DNA from: Lingula anatina
Lineage: Eukaryota > Animalia > Brachiopoda
Length of the DNA stretch: 64,000 bases
NCBI GenBank assembly: GCA_051362555.1
Contig: CM120640.1
Location: 66,256,788 to 66,320,787, forward strand
Direction of reading: 5' to 3'
A model generated the notes under the pieces. It did no database searches and was not told the origin of the DNA. It saw only the letters and a list, made by a program, of their open reading frames with translations. Positions 19,727 to 30,220 of this stretch are shown here, piece after piece (the first letter of the stretch is position 1; the number at the start of each line of letters is the position of its first letter). The position numbers were made by a program, and so were the translations under genes.

Positions 19727-20872
19727 TTAATCACACCACATTTGCCAGAATAAAAACTGCATGAAGTACATTGTTAGATTATGGCGGTCAAATAGTCTTG
19801 AAACTTGCTCACATCAAGGCGGATATGTCGAGGAAAAAAGACCCAGATGTGGCATATACCCCTGTACATGTACACCAATCACACGCGGACGCACCTCCTG
19901 TATATGCGATTTCCACTAGGCCTACGTCAATTATGACATTCTGTGCAAAAATTCGCATAAAACAGAAAAGTTGCACAGAATTAGCCAAAGGCACTATATC
20001 CATATGTGGTTATATCCAGTAAAGAATCTCTTTGGCTTTGGTAGAAGGTTACACCATGCCCAAGTCTTTTGTTCTCCACCCCGCCGTGATATGTCGTAAG
20101 TCCGATACACCGTCTGTCAGATAGGTGTATGTGGCACCCACATGTTCTTAGCACTTGTTTATTATATACGCTTCGCTTATTCAAGGTGTATCTTCATGTA
20201 CGGTGTATGTTACTAAGATATATGAAGTTGTCACATATACTCCGATGGTGTCTAGAGTTCCCTCTTTAAAGTCGCCAGCAATGCTATTGTGTTGCAGGTC
20301 GTGACTTCATGAATCTCGAGACTGTCTGTAAGACGAACTATAACGTGCTATCATTTCTTACTAAAATGTGTATTGTACTAAAACACGGCGCTTTCAATAT
20401 ACGGTTCTGAAAATCATACTATTTCTGTCTTGGATGATTTTATTGTGCAGGCATTTGTAACCAGAAAACGTTTACCGTCAATTATAAGACAATTTGCAAA
20501 CTAAGTGTCTTTTGTGTATTGTACTCGATTGCTCCAGACAATCAATCGTCTTGTGAAAAACGGTGTAGGCCTTTAATGCACTGCTTACTGCACACAGGAT
20601 GTCGACCAAAACATCGATGATACATGTAGAACGCTGTTTTGCATTGATTGCTTACAAGGATGAATACGTTAAATGAAACGATCAAATGAAACTACAAGTG
20701 TAGTAATGAGATGTGGTCCTTGGGGAGGTTTGGTTAACGTCTCAGACATCGCAAGAAATTGGTTAGAAACTAAATTCTGTAACACCGCCAAAATTCTACT
20801 TCTAAATTGCAAGCTGTCATGAAGTGTCAGATATAAATCTCCTTTACAGTGTGAGAGATTGGGTTTGTGCCG

Positions 20873-20874
<2 letters not shown>

Positions 20875-20915
<41 letters not shown>
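20875..20915. repeat. (GA)n microsatellite
   Basis: Pure GA run. Confidence 0.95.
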
Positions 20916-20918
<3 letters not shown>

Positions 20919-22012
20919 TCGGTCCAGCTGTCACTAAGGACACAAGGATATTAGTAGGCCTACATAAAGCCACCATAATTAAAACGAACTCTTTAATTCT
21001 TGAAGTCATTATCGTTTGCCGTACGGTGCACAAAACTTTCGTGATTATGCAATGTGGCCATTATTATATACTTATGATACCAATTGACCTAGGTCCATCA
21101 TGTAAACTATGGACTCTCCAAGAGAGAAATATCGAATTAAAGAAGTAGCAAGCCTCGGTAGACTGTGAGCTAAATGAAATGTCACAAAGTATAACAATGG
21201 AGGCCTTATCTTTAAGACAATATTGACGCAAAATTACATTTATGAAACAACAATGATACGGAACGTTCGTAAATGGAATTAAATCCAGGAGTGCTGAATC
21301 AAGTCAAATCAATATATAATAAAATACAAAGAATGATATTCCTTAAAAGTCTAAACTTCCATTATGTTCAATGTTCTTCACAATATGAATATAAAATACA
21401 AGTAAAAGAAGAGGAGAAATTTTGATTAAGAAAAATAGAATTATATTATGTAGAATTAAAAATCCGTTATTTCAACAAGTCCATTAAAAAGTCACTGAAA
21501 TTTTAAAATCATTAAATTTCAATTATAAATTTCAAAGCAAAAATATGTTGAAATTAATTTTTGAAACTTTCCAAAGAGGCTGTACTGCTATATGTACAAT
21601 TTGCACTTTCATGTTTCAACTTTTGTTCAATTGAAATACCAGGGAAATCTCTGTCTTGTTAATGGATTTGTCTCACGGGGCACAGGTAGCGATGGCAACC
21701 GTCTGGGGAGATTTGCTTTTGTCACTCAGCATAGTGCCGGAAATGGTAAACCGATTACTGACTAACTTAAGGAGGAAAAAGGGCTATATACCGAAAACGT
21801 GTGATCCGAAATTTTATAAGTTCTTTTTCTCCTATAAAGGACTAAAAATCAACATAGCGGCCATAGGATGTGTATAAAGACGTGTTTTAGAACATTTGCC
21901 TTACTGAAAGAAACACTGGTCGGTTCACTATGGCGGGAGTCTGGTACCATGCTCCTACCAGTATTTTGAGGTCTTACTTGTCTTACACGTCTTCATATTA
22001 ATCTCACATTTT

Positions 22013-22469
22013 AAGGCCCATTCACAATGAAACTGACGTTCTACATAGATCGAGCCAACTCGATTGAGTGCATCAGATTAAAAGATTAACACGCGTCCTC
22101 TTGTTTCCAACGTACTCGTATCACCACTAGCTTTTCTGTATTCTACTCTACTCAACGCCAGGAAGAGGGGTGTTAGGGTGCATTCCCAGAGATTTAGGTC
22201 GACCCAGAGATTTAGATTTAGAGCGACCTAACTCCCTGGGGGGTTCACGCTAAATTACACTCAGCCGAGCGCGCACCATAGTTAATTGCCCCCTTACAGC
22301 TTTTAGTAGGCGGGACAGACGCTTAAGCCGGCTAAGCTGACAGTAATCTAGTGAAACTCCCCACAGAGTTAGATCGATCTAAAATCTATGGGAATAGGGT
22401 CTTACCTGTTCATCTGATTACATTCATTGAAAGTCCAATATAACGACAGTTTCACTGGGAATGGGCCCT
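22013..22469. mobile_element. TIR element (family C) carrying a nested family-A MITE
   Basis: TIRs GGCCCATTCACAATGAAACTGACGTT ... AACGACAGTTTCACTGGGAATGGGCC. The left part resembles 58868-58975 (CCTCTTGTTTCCAAC.TACTCGTAT). Confidence 0.6.
22176..22401. mobile_element. Foldback MITE family A, copy 3
   Basis: TTA|GGGTGCATTCCCAGAGATTTAG ... CTAAAATCTATGGGAATAGGGTC|TTA; TTA TSD; homologous to 30010-30220. Confidence 0.8.
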
Positions 22470-22917
22470 CGAAAAAAGACATATATATGCCATATAATAT
22501 ATACATTTAAAATCAAGTTATTTAGAATAGAAATATACGCCATATAAAATAAAAAAATAATGTTATTTTAAATAGAATAAATATTTCAATGAATTATGAC
22601 GATGGCAAGTATTTCATTGGTCATTGACATTGCTTTGATCACCAATGTTATCTAACTAACTGCAGTTACAGTGCCTGCGTGGCTATAAGTTCTGATCTCT
22701 TATTCAGTTATTTCTTCTGTAAACCATGGTGATATGTCCTTCTAAGACAAGTTACCCGTGCATAATAGTAAATTATTTTATTTCAAAAGCTTGCATGTAC
22801 ATGTATTTTGTATTGAACACCTTTGTGCAGGTTAGATAACGCAGCGTTATATACCAGTAAGTCAAAAACAAACGTGTTCAGACACCTGAATACAGTAATT
22901 AATGACGAGAGAGAGTT

Positions 22918-22921
<4 letters not shown>

Positions 22922-22988
<67 letters not shown>

Positions 22989-23022
22989 AGAGAGAGAGTG
23001 TGTGTATGTGTGTGTGTGTGTG
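22922..23022. repeat. Compound (TA)n(GA)n(TG)n microsatellite
   Basis: Directly visible. Confidence 0.9.
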
Positions 23023-23594
23023 CGTTTGTGGATGTTGTGTACCTGTACTCATGTGGCCGGATACGTTTATTATTGAAAATCGAAATTAAACTCATTTATC
23101 AGGCCTAACTCATTGCTCTGGCTATCATATATCAATATGATGGCATGATAGGCGAGGAATCTTCCACTATTGAAAATGTTACGCTACCGAAGGCACCAAT
23201 AGGATCAATTTATTTTATACACATTTGCGAATCAAAATCTGCAAGAGAGTGCCCTCTACAGAGCACACAATACGGAACTTCCAAATGAATAAACAGCTAA
23301 ATAGATTAATGAATCAAATTCAATAAAATAGAACATGATCTATTTGACATACAATGTAATTACATGTATATTACGTGCATTATATAAACCCATTGGCAAC
23401 CATTATGGTATAGGCCTACTATCACATGCATTCCAAAGAAAAAAGTATTATTGGTAATATTTGAGTAGATAAATTTCATGCCAATTACAATATCAAATAT
23501 AAGTACAATAGTATAAATCAAATAAATAATTACTTACAATAGCCATTCAAAACTGTTAATTAATTAATTTTTTTTGTGCAATTAATACTTCGGC

Positions 23595-25001
23595 CTACTG
23601 TCTTTCATCTTCTTCATGAATTGTGCAGGTGCTCCCTCTGTTGAAAGATAAATTTACAACACCTACTGTCAAAGCTGGTGCAGATTTACTGTGCCGCATT
23701 TCCTCCCAATGCTTTTTCTTCCCTTTCTGAGGAGAGCAATGGCTTTGCGAGGCATTGTTGTAAAGTTTGGGTTCGTCGGACGTTCTGCGTTGGCCTTGAG
23801 GGGTGTTCGTCTGACTGTGAGAGAGAACGCCATTTGTCACCGCTGATCGTAGGTGTAACCAACGTGATTTTGCTTGGAGACGTTTCTCTCTTTCAAAATG
23901 ATCCTCCTTTTTGCTTTTTCGGATAGACATTCGGCTCCTTACGACGAACTCTTTGAAAAATTTTCTCGACTCTGCTTCTTCAAAGTTTTTCTTTCTCGTT
24001 CCTATCATGCAAGTGAATAAAATGAATGTGTAAAACAACAGGAACGTGAGCATGTAATAAATTGCATTCAAGGGTGGATCTTTTTCGATTAAGTTGTTCG
24101 AAATTTTAGTTTCATTAAAAACGGTTATACTTGATGCGTTGTCATCATCAGATGTTTGGTCTCTAAAATTCTGCAAAATGTCGAGGATAAGCTCTCTAAG
24201 TTCTGCGCTGTTGAGTTCTACTTTCGAACCATCGGGGATCCCTTTGCTCGTGGTAGATGTTTGTTTCATATTTTCAGTAGTGTCAGACATATTAACTCTT
24301 CCTCTGTCAGGTAGATGGGGAAATGTTCTGCTTTCCTTTATACCGCTCGCTTCTGTTGCATATTGAGGCGTGGTAGCTTTTTGATATACCGTGTTATTAG
24401 TCACACTGAAACTCTCATTTGAGGAGGTACCATCCCTGCTGTTCTGGCCACTTTTCATTCCTGTGCTTGTCACCGACGGCTGTGTGGTAACATTTAACCA
24501 TGTTGAGTTAGTCTGAGTCTCAGATGAAGAACGGTTCAACAATAATCCACTCCCTGTGTCATTATTTTTAAAGTAAGAACCTTCACCCGCAAGCGATGAG
24601 GCACTGCTCACTGTTGGTGAATTAAGCGATAACATTGGAGAGGCAGTGAGCGAAGGCTGAAACCTGCCGTTCGGATATGGAACGCTTTGATTAAATCTTA
24701 AGCCAGTAAGTGTTATATTACCATAATTGGATAAGCTAGTACCTACAGTCACTGTGGCTCTCACAGAATCAGGTTCACCTCTACCATTTATAACGTCTGA
24801 CTGCGATGGAGATTCCGACATATCCCTTGCTACCAATCCCGTCGTAGATGGATTGGTCAAGATATTAAAAGTTTCATTTTTTCGTGGATGTTCAGTCGTT
24901 ATCTGTACGGAGTCACTTGTATGTGGGAAGTTACTTTCACACTGCACATTTGCAATCAATAACAGGATAAGAGGTGCTACCGCTGTAGCGTATAAAATCA
25001 T
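23595..25001 (-). CDS. Uncharacterised type I membrane protein: signal peptide, Ser/Thr-rich N-glycosylated ectodomain, single KCNE-like TM, basic cytoplasmic tail (468 aa, intronless)
   Basis: ATG at 25001 (MILYATAVAPLILLLIANVQC, signal-peptide-like). About 290 aa rich in S/T with many NxS/T sequons. TM NAIYYMLTFLLFYTFILFTCMIG at about 24068-24000 is followed by a TRKK stop-transfer. TATA-like TATATAAA near 25500. Confidence 0.8.
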   Translation of the reverse strand: MILYATAVAPLILLLIANVQCESNFPHTSDSVQITTEHPRKNETFNILTNPSTTGLVARDMSESPSQSDVINGRGEPDSVRATVTVGTSLSNYGNITLTGLRFNQSVPYPNGRFQPSLTASPMLSLNSPTVSSASSLAGEGSYFKNNDTGSGLLLNRSSSETQTNSTWLNVTTQPSVTSTGMKSGQNSRDGTSSNESFSVTNNTVYQKATTPQYATEASGIKESRTFPHLPDRGRVNMSDTTENMKQTSTTSKGIPDGSKVELNSAELRELILDILQNFRDQTSDDDNASSITVFNETKISNNLIEKDPPLNAIYYMLTFLLFYTFILFTCMIGTRKKNFEEAESRKFFKEFVVRSRMSIRKSKKEDHFEREKRLQAKSRWLHLRSAVTNGVLSHSQTNTPQGQRRTSDEPKLYNNASQSHCSPQKGKKKHWEEMRHSKSAPALTVGVVNLSFNRGSTCTIHEEDERQ

Positions 25002-25495
25002 CTTGTGTCTGTAGCTAACGATCACACAAACTGAGTATTTTCTCAGACGTCGCGTTGTGGTAAAACATGACCCACGAGTCTTGTAACTCGTCAGAATTTT
25101 CCCGTAGCCAACCTAAAACTTCTATGTCTGTCACTGAAAACGTAACTGCAATGTCGAGGATTCCTTGAATAATCTTACCTAAATTGATATCATCTTCAGC
25201 GCAGTCAACTACCGTCATCAAGCCTATGACATCATCATCATCTTCCTCGTAGTTTTGCAGCTGTTGTCTTAGAAGTGAAGAAAGGTAATACACGGCATGT
25301 TTGAATTATGTAAAAAACGTGGTCTCTCTGGTGTCTAGACTGTAATCTGAGTAAATTCACCTTTTTCATGCTTCATTAAGAAAACAGTCCAGTTTTGTCG
25401 GCAAGAACTACTGTTGAACTCAATACTCTATACAGAGAGGTTTGGCTAGTAGTTTGATCCACGGCCGTGATTCCTTGATCGATTTCCACCGTTGC

Positions 25496-25506
25496 TTTAT
25501 ATATAA
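25496..25506 (-). promoter_or_regulatory. Candidate TATA box for the membrane-protein gene
   Basis: Minus strand reads TTTATATATAAAGC, about 500 nt upstream of the main ATG. Confidence 0.35.
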
Positions 25507-28500
25507 AAGCAGATCGTGGGATCACCCAACAAAGCCGGAGAAATCTGTTCATCCTCAAGTTTTTACGAACCAACTGACAACCGAGAAGCCTTGTATGTCA
25601 TACTAATGCAGGCTAAGAAGACTGAAACGTGATATGAGCTTTGTCTTAAAGTCAAAGGTGAATCAAATATTAAAACGGATAAAATATATTATTTAAAAAA
25701 ATCAATATTTATCTAAACTGCGCCCCTACCAGGGCGAGTCTAAGCAGGACTCGAAAAATATAAACATCTGTTGCGTTACAACCTGTTAGGGTTTCATTAG
25801 GGTTCCTATGGCATGTTTTCTTTGTCTGATTTTGATTTTACATTTTATGTATATATAAATATGTATTGATCTCAACATGACTGGTTTGACGAAGATAAAT
25901 ATTCTCAGAAACGTTATTTTTATCTCCACTTTGAGGCATCCACTTTGAGCCAGTTATTTCTCGTGGGTACACTTACAATAAGTCCTTGACAGAGTGTAAG
26001 AAAGGCAAGCGCCTGGTGATGATTATGATGATGGTTAGGAATGGGGCGCATTTTTAAGGCATGAATTAAAGGTTCGATGTGTAAATTTGAAAATCTGATT
26101 CTTTAATTAGGATCTATGGTTATAGTGTGTATGGCATATATTGTTTGGTATAATTGGAGAAACTAGCAAGACCGGTTATAAGTACTACCCATTTGTGAAT
26201 GAAAGCTAAGGTTCAAGGTCTTAACGTCAAAGCTAAAGATTATGGCATCCGGACATTTCAAGGAATTTAATTATTAGTTACCAACTGCAAATTTATGTGA
26301 CATTGATGTACGTGGTGGCCAGTTCTTACAGTTCTTTGTTTTTTTCTTGCATAAGACACAAAAGACACATTTGCAAAATGCTGGCTGTGAAGAGCTTTCT
26401 GTTGTGGTTATTATTGGCGCGGAGAAGCACGCTAAGATGCATTTTAAGCGAGTAGATATGTCAAATTATTGCCACTAATCACGACCAAATGGCACATAAT
26501 AGTTTCAAATAGGGTAACTTAAAAATGCCATATTGAGGAACATTTACACTCGCTTCATATGGCGCACTTTGACAACAGAATACCAGAAGTATTGACTTAA
26601 ATCTATATTGAAAAACATGACTCCTGCCTAAAATCATATAAATTTAAAAGTACCTATTTAATTAAATGGCCTTTTTGCTCGCACAGTTACTTAACTGGGG
26701 GAGAGCGCTGGTAGAGTCATATATTTAACGCAAACTGTAGTGCAGCATTTCTAACTGAACTAAATTTTAAAAATACTTTTATCGGGTCAATCGTGTACAT
26801 AATCCATTTTATACTAGTATCTTACTCGCGATATGACATCGTTTGGTCTTATTCAAAGTAGATATCCATTACTTCTCTGCGATTTGAAATTATAATTCGC
26901 TGTTGACATGTAGGCCTATCATATATAGCTTCATAGCTGTACTGTGTAATTCGTTCGATGTTTACCCCCTATTCTGTATTTTTGCATCAGTTGGACCGTA
27001 TGATGTCATTTGCATATGCGGAGTACAATTGCCCACATGGAAATCATGGCCAAATCTCCTCCTTACACGACGGGTATTGATGGTACTACCGTTAGCTAAG
27101 TTTGAAACTTTCGAATATCTGTTTGGAAAGGAGGGGTTGGTAGTTAGAAAAAAATAATAAAATGAATTTGCAAAATATTTCGACGGTCCAAAATGGGTAT
27201 GCTAAACAAGTAATGAGATGTAGAAATATCTGAACTAAAAGAACACAAAGTTAAGATTGAATCTCCGTTTTACATGCAAATATAGGTGTGACGTGTTTCT
27301 TACGCTGTAAAAATATGTTCTTCCAATAGGTGTAATGATCTAAAGCTGTCGAACTGTTTAACCCCAGCCTCCTTGACAAATTTTATGAAACAAACGGACA
27401 TTGACCAACGGGCTGTATTCTTTCGTCTTCCTTTCGTTGTTTATGCTGTGCGTTGAGTCTTATGATTAATTTGATCTGTGAGGAATGGCATAACGATTCA
27501 TGGCAAAGCTTTCTTAGAAATTTCATTAACCCGCTAGACTTGTTATAGCTGATTACTTGCACGAGCTTATTTGTAATAGCGTCTTAGAACAAAAATGTCT
27601 TCCACTTGCAAAACAAGATAATCAGAAATATGGCGCAGGTGTTTCACATTTCTGGCGTTTTTTACATGTAAATGTTCGTAATGTAGTCGTTTAACGAAGT
27701 CTCCATGGTCCTGTCAGATTTGAACAAAGTGTTCGAAAAAAAGGCATACTTTAAGTAACCCATGTTATCAATCAAGTAGTGGCAGTTTCTTCACCGCGGG
27801 GTAAATATAGGATATCGTTATGATCTAAATATGAATGACGTGCTAGTTAAAATGCTTGTTGCAGAGAGGTGAGGACTTGACTGCTGTAACGTATTTTTCG
27901 TAAGGCACATTATTGAAATTGTGTTGAATGTGCTTTAGAATAATTAAATGTTGTCATTTATATCCCTTTCTCATGTCGAATGCGATTGCTTTGCAACAAT
28001 AAGCCGATAAAGAAGTATAACAAAAGTGGAATAGGAGATTTAAGCATGCGGTTTAAACATGAACCTTGAATTTGCCATTAGTGCTCACAACAGGATGCAA
28101 GTAAACAAATACCTTAATTGGCCTCTCGAGAATATGATTTACACTTGGCGTCATTTAAAGCCAGACCAGTGGCGTTATTATATCACGGCTATACAAGGTA
28201 TATGGGTTCCTACGAACTAGTATGGCTTTCCGTACCACATTGCCGTATCCTGTGTATGTCTTTAAAGCATATATCACGGTAGCTGTCATAAAATCCATAA
28301 AATTTAGATATCGACATTACTCTTCAAAATGCCCGAAATTTGACATCTTTGAATGAACGTAATATGTTTTGTGACACATATTTCAAAATATCACAGACAT
28401 ATCGGGTATTTTTAAGTTGCCAGTATAAAGTACTGAAACGATCAGCCAAAGAAACTAGACAAATCCGTCATTAATAAAGAGGATTCTTTAAAAGGCATTG

Positions 28501-28590
28501 CTTACTATTATTAAATGTATCAGTGTTTATGTCGTTTTCTGAATTCCAAAATTCATCTTTGCGAGCCATGCACAATATATATATATATAT

Positions 28591-28760
28591 AAATGTATGT
28601 TGACGGGATCAATGTATGGGCAGAGACGACGAGGAAGACCGAAGACCAGGCTTGGAGACAACATTAAAGAAATATGTGGGATGACTATGGTAGAATTAGA
28701 GAGAAAAACGCAGGACAAGAGGACAAGGACATCAAACTTTTCGTAACTGACGATGAATTT
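28591..28760 (+). mobile_element. 5'-truncated RTE-clade LINE 3' end
   Basis: Translates as KCMLTGSMYGQRRRGRPKTRLGDNIKEICGMTMVELERKTQD, matching the GxRxRGRPxxRWxDxI C-terminal motif of RTE/BovB-type ORF2. A microsatellite tail follows. Confidence 0.7.

Positions 28761-28766
<6 letters not shown>

Positions 28767-28847
<81 letters not shown>
28767..28847. repeat. Compound (CT)n(AT)n(AG)n microsatellite (self-complementary)
   Basis: Directly visible. Confidence 0.9.
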
Positions 28848-28851
<4 letters not shown>

Positions 28852-30009
28852 CTCATCAGTTATGAAAGTTGAATCTTTTTGGTGTTTGACAGAGTAGAGT
28901 GAAAGAATGATATACCATCTTCGTAAATTTCCTAATACTGATCACTAGGTGACGTGGAATGATGAAAGCGAGCTACAGAGACAGGAATTCCAAATTTAGA
29001 TAATAGAGGCATTTCCGAGTCTTCATACCGGTGCGGACACAAAAAAGCGATTAGATGTCGTTATTTATCCAAACAGGTAAAATGATACAATAAAAGTTAA
29101 AATATGTCAAATAAGATAAGCGTATGTACAAATTCGCGAAAAGTCAGTTTAGACTACAGGTAACTGAATCTATTTCGGTCACGTTTAGCATGATCACACT
29201 ATTTTAAAGAGAGAAAGGTGCATGATAACTGATCCAAATCAGTAAATCAACAAAATTATCGTAAAGATAAGCACGGTTTTTATATAGTTTTTCTCTAAAC
29301 AGTTCCTTTCACAAATTGATCAAGGAGCCGAGAACATTCATTCCCCTTCCGGGAATACGAGCACTGGCTGTCAAATTGAAAAACGAGTTTCTCAATCCAT
29401 CAAGCAACACCCGGCACAGCACTTAAACATATTTAGTATCGAGTGTAGCTCAATCGGTAAAGCCTTTTCGATTTAGTTATTTTACTTCTAACTCAGACCT
29501 GCAGATTGCAGTGAAAATTGAATATTTTCATTATTGCAGAATGTTTCTTTTTCTCTCTGCTAATGACCTTTTTGACCCGATCAAGCTGATCCCCAACACC
29601 AGGTTTTGTGTCGTCATGCACTTACCAAGCATAATTGGCTGAAGATTTTGAAACAATTAATAACTTTTCTGTGATTATGTATGATTATACGGAGGGCAAA
29701 ACAGTGCCTACGACTTTGATTAAGTTTTTTCTTCCAGAGAACCTCTGACCTCTAGAAGATAGAAACGAAAAGAAAACTTCGATTTCATAGTTTTGGAGAT
29801 GAAATTTCAGCGACACCCTACATGTAGCTTAAGATAAATAAATAAATGTCAAGAATGCTGTTTGCGGTCCTTCTCAATAGCCACACAATGCCGTTCGAAT
29901 TACATGTATATTGATAGCTGCACTGGAAAACGTGCATGTACCTGTACTTGTAACACTGCAACAGGCACAGATACAAGGATGTTCTCCAATATCGAATAGT
30001 GGTTTGTTA

Positions 30010-30220
30010 GACCCCATTCCCAGAGATTAGATCGATCCATCTAGATCGACCTAACTCCCTGGGGGTTCACGCTAAATAGCTGTCAGCCGAGCGGCCACGA
30101 AAGTTAATTACCCCCTTACAGCTTGTAGTAGGCGGGACGGACATTTAAGCCGGATCTGACAGTAATCTAGTGAGACTCCCCACGGGGATAGATCGATCTA
30201 AAAGCTATGGGAATACGCCC
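30010..30220. mobile_element. Foldback MITE family A, copy 4
   Basis: TTA|GACCCCATTCCCAGAG ... CTATGGGAATACGCCC|TTA; TTA TSD; subterminal inverted repeats TAGATCGA..TA.CTCCC. Confidence 0.82.

Noticed and set aside
29440-29475. tRNA A-box-like GTAGCTCAATCGGTAAAGC
   Set aside because: No B-box or T-arm and no cloverleaf downstream. At most it is a decayed SINE head.
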